DNA from: Clostridiales bacterium
Lineage (GTDB): Bacteria; Bacillota; Clostridia; TANB77; CAG-508
Assembly (NCBI GenBank): GCA_013333035.2
Contig: JABCPQ020000004.1
Coordinates: 1,757 to 65,756 of the forward strand
Length of the DNA stretch: 64,000 bases
Direction: 5' to 3'
Positions 1-10,473 of the stretch are shown piece after piece (position 1 is the stretch's first letter; every line of letters starts with the position of its first letter). The notes under the pieces are model-generated. The model had not been told where the DNA came from and searched no databases. It saw only the letters and a list, made by a program, of their open reading frames with translations. The position numbers and the translations under genes are program-made.

Positions 1-52
1 CTTTTATTTTTTATTAAAATATTATATAAATAATAGTATATGGAGGAAATCT

Positions 53-1099
53 ATGAAAAATAATTATATGAAAAACATAAATAAAGACTTAAAAGAATAT
101 TTCAATATCCTAGAGCCAGAGTTTCCAACATGGCTAAATGACTATATAAATACTAAAGAAATGTTAAAGCAACAATACATAAGCATAACATGTGGCACAA
201 TATATTCAGATTTGTTTGAAAGTGAATTCTTTTTTTCAAGCTTGGATCACGCTATAGCAGTCGCATTAATAATTTGGCATTTCACAAAAGATAAAAAGCA
301 AACTCTATCAGGCTTGTTCCACGATATAGCAACACCTGTATTTAAGCACTGTGTAGACTTTATGAATAAAGATTATATAACACAAGAATCAACTGAAGAT
401 TTAACAACACAAATAATAGAAAATTCTAAAGAAATAATGGATTTATTACAAAGAGATAAAATCCAATTAAAAGAAGTCGATAATTATCATTTATACCCAA
501 TAGCAGATAATGATACACCACAGTTATCATCGGATAGATTAGAATATTCTTTATCAAACGCACTATTCACATATAAGTTGTCAGATATAGAGACAATAAG
601 AGAAATATATAATGACATAAAAATTGTAAAAAATGAGCAGAACATTGATGAAATGGCATTTAAAACTAAGAAAATTGCAAGAGAATTTGTAAAAATCACA
701 AGCCGACTATCAGTAATATATAGAGAAGATAGAACAAGATATTCAATGCAACTCCTAGCCGATATAATGAAAAATCTAAATTAAGAAAATTTAGTTACAT
801 TAGAAGATTTATACAAATTAAAAGACAAAGACATAATTGAAATTATAAGAAAATCAAAATATCAAAATATTTATGAAATATGGGAAAAAGCTAAGAAAGT
901 AAAAGTTTCACAAAGCAAGCCAAAAGACATTTATTCTGTACATCTTAGTGCAAAAGTAAGATACATAGACCCACTAGTAAACAATGAAAGAATTTCAAAA
1001 ATATGCAAGATTGCTCAAAAGCACATAGAAAAAAATTTATCATATAATATGGATAATTATGTTTTTTTAGATGGAATTAACGAAATAGATTTGTTGTAA
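53..1099 (+). pseudogene. HD-domain phosphohydrolase-like gene interrupted by a single in-frame TAA at 782-784. The tracked ORF is 53-784, and the same frame stays open over 785-1099.
   Basis: HD signature LFHDIATPVFKH. My translation of 785-1099 in the same frame reads ENLVTLEDLYKLKDKDIIEIIRKSKY...GINEIDLL and stops at 1097-1099. Confidence 0.5.
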
Positions 1100-1170
1100 T
1101 ATAAGATATTTATAATTGCGTTATATAATCCATTAATATATAATTATCTAAACAAATGTTAGGAGGAAAT

Positions 1171-1803
1171 ATGTTTACCAGACAAGAAACAATTAATGTA
1201 ATTGAAAATCAGATAAAAAAGCAAAATAATGCCAATGTTGAAAAATATCAAGAAATATTAAAGAAAATAAATTCAATGTCTGATGAAGAATTTGAACATA
1301 TCGCAAAACAAAGAATTGGAGAAAATGCTACAATAGAAATGTTATCAACTTGGTTAAAAGCAAAAATGGAAGAACATCCTAAAGATGAATTTATAAAATT
1401 AAATAATATGGTATCATATCATATTATTCATGAAACAATTGCATTGCATGTTGTTCCAAAACAAATAAACTCTAAGCAAGCAAGAGAAGGTGGAGTATAT
1501 TTAGCAGATGCTTTAGAAAAGATAAAATCAAAAATAAAAGAAGGGGAATTCAGTGACATTGCTACAATTTTCGCAGTATCAGATTTATTAAAACTAAAGT
1601 TATTACAAAAAAATTTTAAAGATCTAGGATTCCAAGTAGAAAAAGGTAATAAAAATTTTGAAAAAATGTTTAAAAATCCATATCAAGCGACACTTTCAAG
1701 GAAATTTTTACTAAGTGATGAATGGGGAGAATTAAAAGAGAAATTTGTAGAAGGCAAACCAACAATAGAAGAAATAGAAAGCAAAGACCAACTAGACAAA
1801 TAA
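1171..1803 (+). CDS. hypothetical protein (about 210 aa)
   Basis: Long ORF. AGGAGG lies 6 nt before the ATG at 1171, which is internal to the tracked start at 1156. No motif recognised. Confidence 0.6.
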   Translation: MFTRQETINVIENQIKKQNNANVEKYQEILKKINSMSDEEFEHIAKQRIGENATIEMLSTWLKAKMEEHPKDEFIKLNNMVSYHIIHETIALHVVPKQINSKQAREGGVYLADALEKIKSKIKEGEFSDIATIFAVSDLLKLKLLQKNFKDLGFQVEKGNKNFEKMFKNPYQATLSRKFLLSDEWGELKEKFVEGKPTIEEIESKDQLDK

Positions 1804-1816
1804 AATGGAGAAATAA

Positions 1817-2152
1817 ATGAAATCAAAAGATAATAAAATTATAAAGGAATATTACACTGCAATACCACGTTTTTATACAAAGGACAACGAAATAATATGT
1901 GTTTGCACATTAACTGAAAATGTACTAACATCTTTGCCAAAGTCACTTGATTATGAAACAGAAGATGGCAGACAAATTGAAGATTATAGACTAACATTAG
2001 TAAGCATAACAGAAAATAAAGTCATAGCAGAACTAGAATACAATAAAGCAATAACAAAGTTAATGGAATTAGCAGAAGCAACATCAAAAAATAATATTCT
2101 AGTAGAACTAAATTATAAAGAAATGAAAGAATTAATAGAAGCTTTAAGCTAA
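1817..2152 (+). CDS. hypothetical protein (111 aa)
   Basis: ORF with a GGAG RBS, 13 nt after the previous stop. No motif recognised. Confidence 0.55.
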   Translation: MKSKDNKIIKEYYTAIPRFYTKDNEIICVCTLTENVLTSLPKSLDYETEDGRQIEDYRLTLVSITENKVIAELEYNKAITKLMELAEATSKNNILVELNYKEMKELIEALS

Positions 2153-2193
2153 AATAAAAATAAAAATAAAAATATAAATATAAAGGAGTAAAT

Positions 2194-2769
2194 ATGCCAC
2201 ATTTTAAGAAATTAGTAGGTGATAGAATTTATTTATCACCAAAGACAACTGATGAAGAGGATATCGTAAAATATACAGAATGGATGAATGATTTTCAAGT
2301 AACTGATTATACTGGAGCTACTGCAAAATTGATAACATTGGATAGTGAACGTGAATGGATGAACAATATAGTCAAGAATACAGAAGATTATAATTTCGAT
2401 ATAGTAGATTTAAATAATGATAAATTAATTGGAACCATTAGTTTGGTGAAAATTAAATCAATAGAAAGAAGTGCAGAATTAGGAATATTTATTGGAGAAG
2501 AGTCATATAGAAGCAATGGTTTTGGAACAGAAGCAATTAAACTATTATTGGAATATGGCTTCAAATATCTAAACTTACATAGTATAAAATTAGATTTATT
2601 ATCAGTAAACGAAAGAGCACATAAATGCTATTTGAAATGTGGGTTTAAAGACACAGGAGCAGATCGAGAAGCTATGTTTTTAAATGGAAAATATTATGAC
2701 AGACTCCACATGGACATATTAGAAACTGAATTTAGTGGTGAATATATTAGAAATAAAAATGTAAAATAG
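2194..2769 (+). CDS. GNAT-family N-acetyltransferase (RimJ/RimL-like)
   Basis: GNAT core pattern (ELGIFIGEESYRSNGFGTEAIKLLLEYGF...RAHKCYLKCGF), AGGAG RBS. Confidence 0.7.
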   Translation: MPHFKKLVGDRIYLSPKTTDEEDIVKYTEWMNDFQVTDYTGATAKLITLDSEREWMNNIVKNTEDYNFDIVDLNNDKLIGTISLVKIKSIERSAELGIFIGEESYRSNGFGTEAIKLLLEYGFKYLNLHSIKLDLLSVNERAHKCYLKCGFKDTGADREAMFLNGKYYDRLHMDILETEFSGEYIRNKNVK

Positions 2770-2807
2770 GATTATATGGAGATAATAAACAGTAATTAAT
2801 TATGAAA

Positions 2808-2842
2808 AAGAGTAAAGCTATAAGCAGCTTTGCTCTTTTTTA
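2808..2842 (+). terminator. rho-independent terminator
   Basis: Stem aagagtaaagc / gctttgctctt followed by a T-run. Confidence 0.6.
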
Positions 2843-3017
2843 TACAAGAGAGCTGGTCAATAAATTATTCAAACTCATATAAAATCAAATAAACAGTTGA
2901 AAAGCAGTATACATAATTGTATAAATATGCTATAATAAATACATGCTAAATGAGAAAATACAATAAATACACAAAAGACAAATTCAAATTAAGAAAATCT
3001 AATATATGGAGAATAAA

Positions 3018-4934
3018 ATGGAAGAAATATTAACATTAGATCAAATAGTAACAGAATTTGTTGAAGAAAAAGAAGTACAACCATTTATTGAATTTTTAGA
3101 AAATAAAATAATACCACTATGTGAAAAGATAGCATCGCAAAATTCACAAAGAGTAGAGAAGCATGAATGGTCTAGAAAAGTTCCGATAAATGAATCAATA
3201 GAAAATGTATATCAATTTTTAAAACAGGAAATAAATCCTTATTTTGCAAATCAATTTATGAATATAATAAGGCAAGAGAAATATGGAAATGTTAAAGTAA
3301 AAATTTTACCAAGATCAGAATATAAGGATAAAAATTATTATTTTAATGAAGTAGATGAAAAAGGAAAAGTCTATATATTTTTTAATGAAACACCATCTGA
3401 TATGTTTTCAATTATTAATGAAATGATACATAAAATGAATGAAACATATGAGATAATCGATAATGAAAAATATCAAACTAAATTAGCACAATATTTTGCT
3501 GAATCACCATCAATGATGGCAGAAAAATTATTAGGAAAGTGGTTAGTAAAGAATAAAAAAATAACTCATAATGATTTAAAAATGGTTGAAAATGAAAGAT
3601 TGAAAGATAGTAAGTTTTGTGTAAACGAAATATTGATAGAATATGAATTAATTAAGATGAAACAAGCAGGAGAAGAATTAACTCCTGAAAATGTTTTAAA
3701 GAGATTAACAGATAGAGCTAATAATTCACCAGAAGACATTGCCAAAATATTTAAGCAAGAAATAAAAGAACCAACTATAATTAATGGAATATTACTAAAT
3801 CAAACAATGGGTTTTATAGAAGGTCAACAATATATAATGGGACAGCATTTATCGGATAATTTAAAAAATCGTGAAAATCCCAATTTGAATTTTCAGTGGC
3901 TACACGTAGTAAACGCAGATAAAGACTTAAAAATAGAAGATATAATCGAAACAATAGATGATTTTATGACAGACCCAAAGAAATTAAATAATCAAGAAAG
4001 AATTATTAACACAGTCATAAGAGACCATATAGTAAATGAAAATGAAGTATTTGGTATAGTGAGATTAGAGCAGATAAAAGAAATGTGCGAAGAGAATTTA
4101 AAACAGCCATACCCTAAAATTGAAACAGAAGAATGGTCTAGAGAAATTGATATAAATGAATCTATAGAATACAATTACAAATTTTTAAAAACAATAAGTC
4201 CAATGCTTGCAGAACAATTTATGAATTTATTAAATCAACAGGATGGTAATGGACCAACAGTAAATATAAAACCTTTTATGGATAAAGAAAAAGATATACA
4301 AGGTTGTTGTGAAGGAAAAGTATTTGTATATTATAATAACACTCCAGAAGATATATTTATACTATTGCATGAAATGATACATGCAATGAATTATTCTTCA
4401 ACAACAATAGGTAAAGCTTATGGACAATTATATATATCAGAGGTACCAACGCATATTATAGAAAATTTATTAGGAAAATGGTTAGTAAAAAACAAACTGA
4501 TAACACAAAATGATTATAATAAATTCAAAAAACGTAGATTAGAACATAGTAAAAAAGTATCTTGCAAATTATTAATTGAGAAAGAACTTATCGATATGAA
4601 ATTTAAAAAAGGTTTATATATAACAAAAGCAAGAGTAGATGAAATTATTAAAAATAAGTGTTATATAAATAATCCAAAAGATTTTGGAAGAGAAGAATTA
4701 GAGGAATGTTATGGTGGATTAAATAGCATTTTAAGGTCTAAAAATTTAAATTTTTTTGAATATCAAAGATACGTAATCGGCCAATATATCGCAGACAAAG
4801 TAGAAAATTCAGAAAATCCAGAAAAAGCATTCCTAAGATTCCACAATTTAGCAGGTAATGTAAATTTATCACCGGATAGAATTTTAAGAATAATTAGAAA
4901 AGACTATCAGCAAGAAGATATTGATAGATCATAA
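3018..4934 (+). CDS. Tandem-duplicated short PepF/M3B-like metallopeptidase-domain protein. The first copy has NEMIH and the second has HEMIH.
   Basis: The two roughly 320-aa halves align with each other (EWSR..INESIE..Y.FLK...QFMN.. / ..NETP.D.F....EMIH.MN / LLGKWLVKNK.IT.ND / Y.MGQ). The second half has HEMIHAM plus a downstream SEVPTHIIENLL, like the PepF HExxH...AE..S..NE motif. The start could be 3006 or 3018. Confidence 0.55.
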   Translation: MEEILTLDQIVTEFVEEKEVQPFIEFLENKIIPLCEKIASQNSQRVEKHEWSRKVPINESIENVYQFLKQEINPYFANQFMNIIRQEKYGNVKVKILPRSEYKDKNYYFNEVDEKGKVYIFFNETPSDMFSIINEMIHKMNETYEIIDNEKYQTKLAQYFAESPSMMAEKLLGKWLVKNKKITHNDLKMVENERLKDSKFCVNEILIEYELIKMKQAGEELTPENVLKRLTDRANNSPEDIAKIFKQEIKEPTIINGILLNQTMGFIEGQQYIMGQHLSDNLKNRENPNLNFQWLHVVNADKDLKIEDIIETIDDFMTDPKKLNNQERIINTVIRDHIVNENEVFGIVRLEQIKEMCEENLKQPYPKIETEEWSREIDINESIEYNYKFLKTISPMLAEQFMNLLNQQDGNGPTVNIKPFMDKEKDIQGCCEGKVFVYYNNTPEDIFILLHEMIHAMNYSSTTIGKAYGQLYISEVPTHIIENLLGKWLVKNKLITQNDYNKFKKRRLEHSKKVSCKLLIEKELIDMKFKKGLYITKARVDEIIKNKCYINNPKDFGREELEECYGGLNSILRSKNLNFFEYQRYVIGQYIADKVENSENPEKAFLRFHNLAGNVNLSPDRILRIIRKDYQQEDIDRS

Positions 4935-4949
4935 AAAAGGAAAATTGCT

Positions 4950-5630
4950 ATGATAATCGCTAATAAGCAAATTAAGATATATTACAATGATAATGACAAT
5001 TCAAATACACTCCCAGTAATTATATTAAATAATTTTGAAGAACAAATAAATGAAATAATTACAGAATGTAGACACATAAACTCAAAAGAATTTATATTAG
5101 TAGAAATTACAAATATAAATTGGAATAAAGAGATGTCACCTTGGAAAATTACTAGTTTATTTAAGAATGAAGAACCATATTTAGGGAATGCAGATGAATA
5201 TTTAAAAGTATTAGAAACTGAAATAATTCCAGAGATAGAAAAGAAAATAGAGAAAAACAATAAAAAAGTAAAATATTATGCAATAGCTGGATATTCATTA
5301 TCAGGATTATTTGGACTATATTCTGGATATAAAACAGATAAATTTAAAAAAATTATTACAGCATCAGGATCAATGTGGTATCCGAATTTAGAAAACTACA
5401 TAAAAGAGAATAAAATAAGCTCAAAAGTAGAATCAATATATTTTTCATTAGGTGATAAAGAAAAAATAAGTAAAAATCCAATATTAAAATCAGTAGAAGA
5501 AAAAACAAAACTAATACAAGAATATTTATCAAATAAAGTAAAAACAATATATGAAGAGAATGAAGGAAATCATTTCAACGAAACAGCAAAACGAATAGCT
5601 AAAGGAATTAAATGGAGTTTAGAAAATTAA
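4950..5630 (+). CDS. alpha/beta-fold esterase (putative esterase family)
   Basis: Nucleophile elbow IAGYSLSGLF, and a C-terminal GNH. Confidence 0.6.
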   Translation: MIIANKQIKIYYNDNDNSNTLPVIILNNFEEQINEIITECRHINSKEFILVEITNINWNKEMSPWKITSLFKNEEPYLGNADEYLKVLETEIIPEIEKKIEKNNKKVKYYAIAGYSLSGLFGLYSGYKTDKFKKIITASGSMWYPNLENYIKENKISSKVESIYFSLGDKEKISKNPILKSVEEKTKLIQEYLSNKVKTIYEENEGNHFNETAKRIAKGIKWSLEN

Positions 5631-5676
5631 GGGAACATAATATTAAAACACATATATGAAATTATAAATGTAGACA

Positions 5677-5704
5677 AAAGAGTAGCTAAAAACTACTCTT
5701 TTTA
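5677..5704 (+). terminator. rho-independent terminator
   Basis: Stem aaagagtag / ctactcttt with a T-run. Confidence 0.6.
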
Positions 5705-5727
5705 TAGTTCCAGAAAAGCCATATTAA

Positions 5728-5756
5728 TTGAATCTTGTAAACGAATGTAATATAAT
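5728..5756 (+). promoter_or_regulatory. sigma70-type promoter candidate for the 5786-13683 operon
   Basis: TTGAAT, 17 nt, TATAAT, located 30 nt before the RBS of the 5786 ORF. Confidence 0.45.
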
Positions 5757-5785
5757 GAGTCCAATAAAAGTTCAAAGGAGAAATT

Positions 5786-6892
5786 ATGAAATTTAAAGCA
5801 TTTGAAAAATTTAAAAAAATTGTAAACGAATATGATCCAAAATCAGAAAAAAACATTTTAAAAGAAATTGATGTAGATGAAAAAAACTTTCAAAAATGGA
5901 TAGATGTACTATTAGGAAAAAATAATCAAGTGTCAGAACTTGATATGGGAAAATTACCATATATCATAGACGAAATGTATCAATCAAACGAGCAAATAAT
6001 ATTTGTATTAGGATGTATGATATTAGAAGCAACATTTGAACAAATAGAATTTCTAACAAACCTTGAAAATTATCCAATGTTCAAAGAAAAATATTTAACA
6101 TTCAAACATACACTATTAACAATATATGATGGATGTGATAATGGAATATTCTTTTGTATGGCACAAATATTATTAAAGAATGATCCAAAATTAGAACTAT
6201 TAACAGATGAAGAAAAAGAATTTTTTATATCAAGTACAAAACAAAAATTAAGAGGAATAATAACATATTTAAATGAAAATCAAGGATCAGTACATCCAGA
6301 AATATATGACAATATCGAGATATTAGCAGATGTATGCTGTGAAATTGAAGATGAAGAAATAAAAGAGCTAATAAAAGAAATTGCAAAACAGCCATTATCA
6401 AACATTGCAGCAGTATTTGTAATCAAATACCAATTGCAAAAAAATCTCCCAGTGAGCGAAAAAATGGTAAAAGACATTTTAACAGATAAAGAATATGTTA
6501 AAGAACTTGTGAACGCATGTGAAAGTATAGATAAATTTGAAGAATTACCATTACATGAAGAAATATCGCAAGAACAAATAGCATATTCAAACATGGTAGG
6601 ATGGTTAAAATATCCAACAGAATTAGGAAAGATTCCAGAAGAAATTAGCTTATTAGAAAGTTTTGAAATAGATGGTGAAGTATGCTATTCATACAAATTT
6701 AGAGCATCAGAATTTTGGAATCAAGAAGAAATGATTGGAGTTGCAGGAGGCTATCCAAAAAATGAAATAACTGCAAGAGATTGTGGCTGGACATTTAGTA
6801 AATTTGAAACATTGGACAAAGAATATCAAAAACAAGGCCGCGAATTAGTAAAATTCATTCAAGACTATTGGAAAAAAACAGCAGAAGAATAA
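5786..6892 (+). CDS. hypothetical protein (368 aa)
   Basis: Long ORF with an AGGAG RBS. No motif recognised. Confidence 0.6.
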   Translation: MKFKAFEKFKKIVNEYDPKSEKNILKEIDVDEKNFQKWIDVLLGKNNQVSELDMGKLPYIIDEMYQSNEQIIFVLGCMILEATFEQIEFLTNLENYPMFKEKYLTFKHTLLTIYDGCDNGIFFCMAQILLKNDPKLELLTDEEKEFFISSTKQKLRGIITYLNENQGSVHPEIYDNIEILADVCCEIEDEEIKELIKEIAKQPLSNIAAVFVIKYQLQKNLPVSEKMVKDILTDKEYVKELVNACESIDKFEELPLHEEISQEQIAYSNMVGWLKYPTELGKIPEEISLLESFEIDGEVCYSYKFRASEFWNQEEMIGVAGGYPKNEITARDCGWTFSKFETLDKEYQKQGRELVKFIQDYWKKTAEE

Positions 6893-6918
6893 TACTTTAA
6901 TTAATAAGAGGAAAAGAT

Positions 6919-7596
6919 ATGAAAGTTATAACATTTCAATCAAAAGAAGCGCTTAAATATTTAGAAAAAAACGGATATTTAATATGTGAAGATAAATATA
7001 TTGATAAAGATAAAATGTCTCAAACTTATAATTGGGTAATTCAAAACATGAATGAAAGAGTGAAAAACAAAAGCAATACAACTTATCCAATATGGTGTTG
7101 GGTTAAATGCAATAGATCAATTTGCCCACCAAAGCATAAAGGAAAACCAGTAGAAGGATTTGATGTAAAAATAACATTTAATGTAAAAGATGAAGAAGTT
7201 TTCATTACAGACTTTAGACGTTATTCATTTTTACTAAGTAATACATATATTCCAGAAACTAAAACAGAAAAAGAAGAATTTGAAAAAGAATTAAAGAGTA
7301 AAAATATTACACAAGAAGAATTAAAGGTATATATCAGAAGAGATAAATATAAAACACACAGAACTGACAATCAATTTTTAGAAATATGCAAAAAAATAGA
7401 AACGACATTTCAAAGATGTATAACAACTGAAAGTAATGTTTTACAAGGATGCGTTTGGGAAATAAGAAAAGAACAAATTGAAAAGATAGAAATATTACCT
7501 AAAAACGGATACATATATGGTTCATTAAATTATAAAAGAAAAGATGGAAGCAGAAGAGATTGGATTAAAGAATACTATAAAAAGTTAGAGGAATGA
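6919..7596 (+). CDS. DUF3841-like protein
   Basis: The N-terminal pattern MKVITFQSKEALKYLEKNGYL...YPIWCWV resembles DUF3841 as I remember it. Not verified. Confidence 0.4.
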   Translation: MKVITFQSKEALKYLEKNGYLICEDKYIDKDKMSQTYNWVIQNMNERVKNKSNTTYPIWCWVKCNRSICPPKHKGKPVEGFDVKITFNVKDEEVFITDFRRYSFLLSNTYIPETKTEKEEFEKELKSKNITQEELKVYIRRDKYKTHRTDNQFLEICKKIETTFQRCITTESNVLQGCVWEIRKEQIEKIEILPKNGYIYGSLNYKRKDGSRRDWIKEYYKKLEE

Positions 7597-7638
7597 TGAA
7601 TAAGATATTGGATAAATTAAAAAAAACATAGGAGTATC

Positions 7639-8388
7639 ATGAAAATAGAATATATTAATTTAAAAGAAATCAAATATGAAATACCTACCAAAGTATTTTT
7701 GCCAAATAGCAAAATTGAAAAAGTTATAATTGCATGCCATGGATTTGGTGGAGATAAAGAAAGTTCGACTATCACAGATTTAGCAGAAGAAATGATTTTG
7801 AAAAATATAGCCGTTATAACATTTGATTTTCCAGCACATGGAGAAAGTAAACTTGATGGAAAAGAATTAACAATAGAAAATTGCATAGATAATATAAATA
7901 CTGTATATAGATATTCTAAGAAATTTAATGCTCCAATAAGTTTATTTGCAACAAGTTTTGGTGCATACGTTAATTTAATAAACATTGCAAGAAATAATAA
8001 TGAATTTCAAAAAATAGTATTACGTTCACCAGCTATAGAAATGGCAAAGATTTTAAAAGAAGTATTATTAAAAGAAAGTTTTTCAAAATATAAAGAAAAT
8101 GGACACACAATTCTAGGATTTGAAAGAAAAATGAAAATACCATATTCATTTTATGAAGAACTATTAAATAATAACATCAATAAAATATATGATGATATAG
8201 AGATTCCCAAAATACACATTATACAAGGAAACAAAGACGAAATAGCAATGATTGAAGATACAATTAAATTTGTAGAAAATCATAAAAATCAAATTGAACT
8301 AAATATAATTGACAAGGGTGACCATAGAATGAAGTCGCCAGAATTAAGACAGAAAGTGATGAGTTATGCCAATGGAATTTATAAATAA
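7639..8388 (+). CDS. alpha/beta hydrolase
   Basis: HGFGGDKES, a nucleophile-elbow-like ATSFGAY, and a C-terminal GDH. Confidence 0.6.
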   Translation: MKIEYINLKEIKYEIPTKVFLPNSKIEKVIIACHGFGGDKESSTITDLAEEMILKNIAVITFDFPAHGESKLDGKELTIENCIDNINTVYRYSKKFNAPISLFATSFGAYVNLINIARNNNEFQKIVLRSPAIEMAKILKEVLLKESFSKYKENGHTILGFERKMKIPYSFYEELLNNNINKIYDDIEIPKIHIIQGNKDEIAMIEDTIKFVENHKNQIELNIIDKGDHRMKSPELRQKVMSYANGIYK

Positions 8389-9385
8389 ATTAATAGACAA
8401 AATAGTTTCATACCATTTAACAGAACCAATAGTGTATAAACACGAAAGTGAATTACAATTGAAATATGATGCATTAATGAAACTAAAGAGTAAAATCAAC
8501 GAAAATAAAGAATTAGAGCAAGAATTGTTAATGGTTAAAAAAGGATTAATTGGTGAAAATGAGATAGAATATCAATTAAAGAAAAGTGATATAGGAATGT
8601 ATATTTTAAGAGATGTTAAAGTAAAATATAAAGACCTAACAGCTCAAATAGACTATATTGTAATAACGCCAATATACACATATTTTATTGAATGTAAAAA
8701 TTTAATGGGCAATATTACAATAGATTCTAAAGGTAATTTTATTAGAGAATGGATAAATTCAAATAAACAAAAACAAAGAATAGGCATGCCATCACCATTG
8801 AATCAAGTGGAAAATCAACGAAATGTAATGAAAAAAATAAAATTAGAACAAGCTTCAAGTCTAGATAAACTCATGATTCAAAATTATTTTGAAAATTATA
8901 ATAAAGTATTAGTTGTTGTAGCAAATCAATATACAATATTAAATATGACAAAAGCACCAAAATCAATCCAATCAAAGGTTGTTCGAGCAGATAGACTTAA
9001 TGAAAGAATAAAATACGATTTGAAAAATGCTCCAAAAGATGAAACTAAAGATAGTAAAAGTAAAATGGAAGAAAGAGCAAAGAGGATCGTAGAAAAATTA
9101 TGCATTAATGAAAACAAAGACTATTATTTAGAATATAAAGAAAGATTTACTCAAACAAAAAACACATTGAAAAGTGAACTTGAAAGATTCAGAGAACAAA
9201 GAGCAAAAGAAAAGGGCATAACAACAAACTATGTATTTACAGATACCGAATTAGAAGAATTACTAAAATACAAGCCTACAACAATTGAAACACTAATTAA
9301 ATTAAAAATATTAACACCAATAAAAATTAAATGCCATGGACAAGAAATAATAGATGAAATCATAAAATATACAAAAAATACTTAA
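8366..9385 (+). CDS. NERD-domain nuclease-related protein with a C-terminal HRDC/helix-hairpin-helix-like tail
   Basis: NERD pattern GLIGENEIEYQL...AQIDYIVITP...YFIECKNLMGNI. The C-terminus reads YVFTDTELEELLKYKPTTIETLIKL. The gene overlaps the upstream gene by 23 nt. Confidence 0.6.
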   Translation: MPMEFINKLIDKIVSYHLTEPIVYKHESELQLKYDALMKLKSKINENKELEQELLMVKKGLIGENEIEYQLKKSDIGMYILRDVKVKYKDLTAQIDYIVITPIYTYFIECKNLMGNITIDSKGNFIREWINSNKQKQRIGMPSPLNQVENQRNVMKKIKLEQASSLDKLMIQNYFENYNKVLVVVANQYTILNMTKAPKSIQSKVVRADRLNERIKYDLKNAPKDETKDSKSKMEERAKRIVEKLCINENKDYYLEYKERFTQTKNTLKSELERFREQRAKEKGITTNYVFTDTELEELLKYKPTTIETLIKLKILTPIKIKCHGQEIIDEIIKYTKNT

Positions 9386-9399
9386 TAAAAGGAAACAAA

Positions 9400-9570
9400 A
9401 TGAATTCAAATACCAAATTAGAAATAGCAGTAGAAATAATAGCAAACAAAATTGCAAAAGTTGCCAGAGAAAATGATGAAAAAATAGACCAATATCTAAA
9501 AGAACGAGAAGAAATGTATAATGGAAATGACAAAATAATAAATAAAATCATAGAAGAATATGGAAATTAG
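9400..9570 (+). CDS. Small acidic helical protein (56 aa), a candidate antitoxin-like partner of the zeta-family kinase. It is below the ORF-track size cutoff.
   Basis: My translation is MNSNTKLEIAVEIIANKIAKVARENDEKIDQYLKEREEMYNGNDKIINKIIEEYGN. A GGAAAC-type RBS sits upstream. It starts 14 nt after the NERD stop and ends 12 nt before the zeta-like start. Confidence 0.45.
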   Translation: MNSNTKLEIAVEIIANKIAKVARENDEKIDQYLKEREEMYNGNDKIINKIIEEYGN

Positions 9571-9582
9571 AGGAGAAATAAC

Positions 9583-10473
9583 TTGGCAAACGATAATAAT
9601 CTTGAAGAACTAATTGAAGAGTATAAACTGACAGAAGAAGAACATAGCAATATCAGTCAAAATATAAGTGAAATATTTTTTAAAGGAAAAACAAAGCCAA
9701 AGATACCAACAGCAATATTCACAATAGGACCTCCAGGATCAGGAAAGACTGGATTAAATGGATTAGCACAAAAAGAGTTAAATGGAAATTTAGTAATAGT
9801 AAATAATGATGAATTAAGACTATTTCATCCAAAAGCAGAAGAAATCGCTAAAAAACATCCAAAAGAATACATAAAAATAACTAATGAAGAAAGTAAATAT
9901 TGGACTGATGAACTTGTCGATAAAATAATAGAAGAAGGATATAATATTCTATATGAAGGAACTGGAAGAAAAATAGAAATTTTTAAAAGAATGATTGAGA
10001 AAATGCTTCAGCATGGATATAGAATTATTATAAAAGCAATGGCAGTAAACGAATTGAATTGTCTGATGTCCATAGTAGAAAGATATGCAGGACAAGTACA
10101 ACATAAAGGATGGGGAAGAATAGTATCAACTAAAACATTTTATAAATCATATGATGCAGAAATGATAGAGACAATAGATACTCTCGAAAAAGAAGGAGAG
10201 ATAAGTGAAGTAGAAGTATATATAAGAAGTGATGAGCCAACAAATCCAATCAAGATTTATAGTACAAGTCAAAAACAATATAAAGACGCAAAAACAGCAA
10301 TAATAGAAGGCAGAAAGCTAGATAAAATTAATGCAATTAAATATTATGAACAATACTTTAAAAGAAGTAAATTAAAAGACAAAGAAACAGAGGAAATATT
10401 AGAAAGAATGGAGGAAATTCATAAGCATCATAAAACTATTGATGATATGGAATATAGAAAGAAATTAAAATGA
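9583..10473 (+). CDS. zeta-toxin-family P-loop kinase
   Basis: Walker A GPPGSGKTG. VIVNNDELRLFHP parallels zeta IDNDTFKQQHP, and YEGTGRK parallels zeta EGTGR. TTG start with a GGAG RBS. Confidence 0.75.
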   Translation: MANDNNLEELIEEYKLTEEEHSNISQNISEIFFKGKTKPKIPTAIFTIGPPGSGKTGLNGLAQKELNGNLVIVNNDELRLFHPKAEEIAKKHPKEYIKITNEESKYWTDELVDKIIEEGYNILYEGTGRKIEIFKRMIEKMLQHGYRIIIKAMAVNELNCLMSIVERYAGQVQHKGWGRIVSTKTFYKSYDAEMIETIDTLEKEGEISEVEVYIRSDEPTNPIKIYSTSQKQYKDAKTAIIEGRKLDKINAIKYYEQYFKRSKLKDKETEEILERMEEIHKHHKTIDDMEYRKKLK

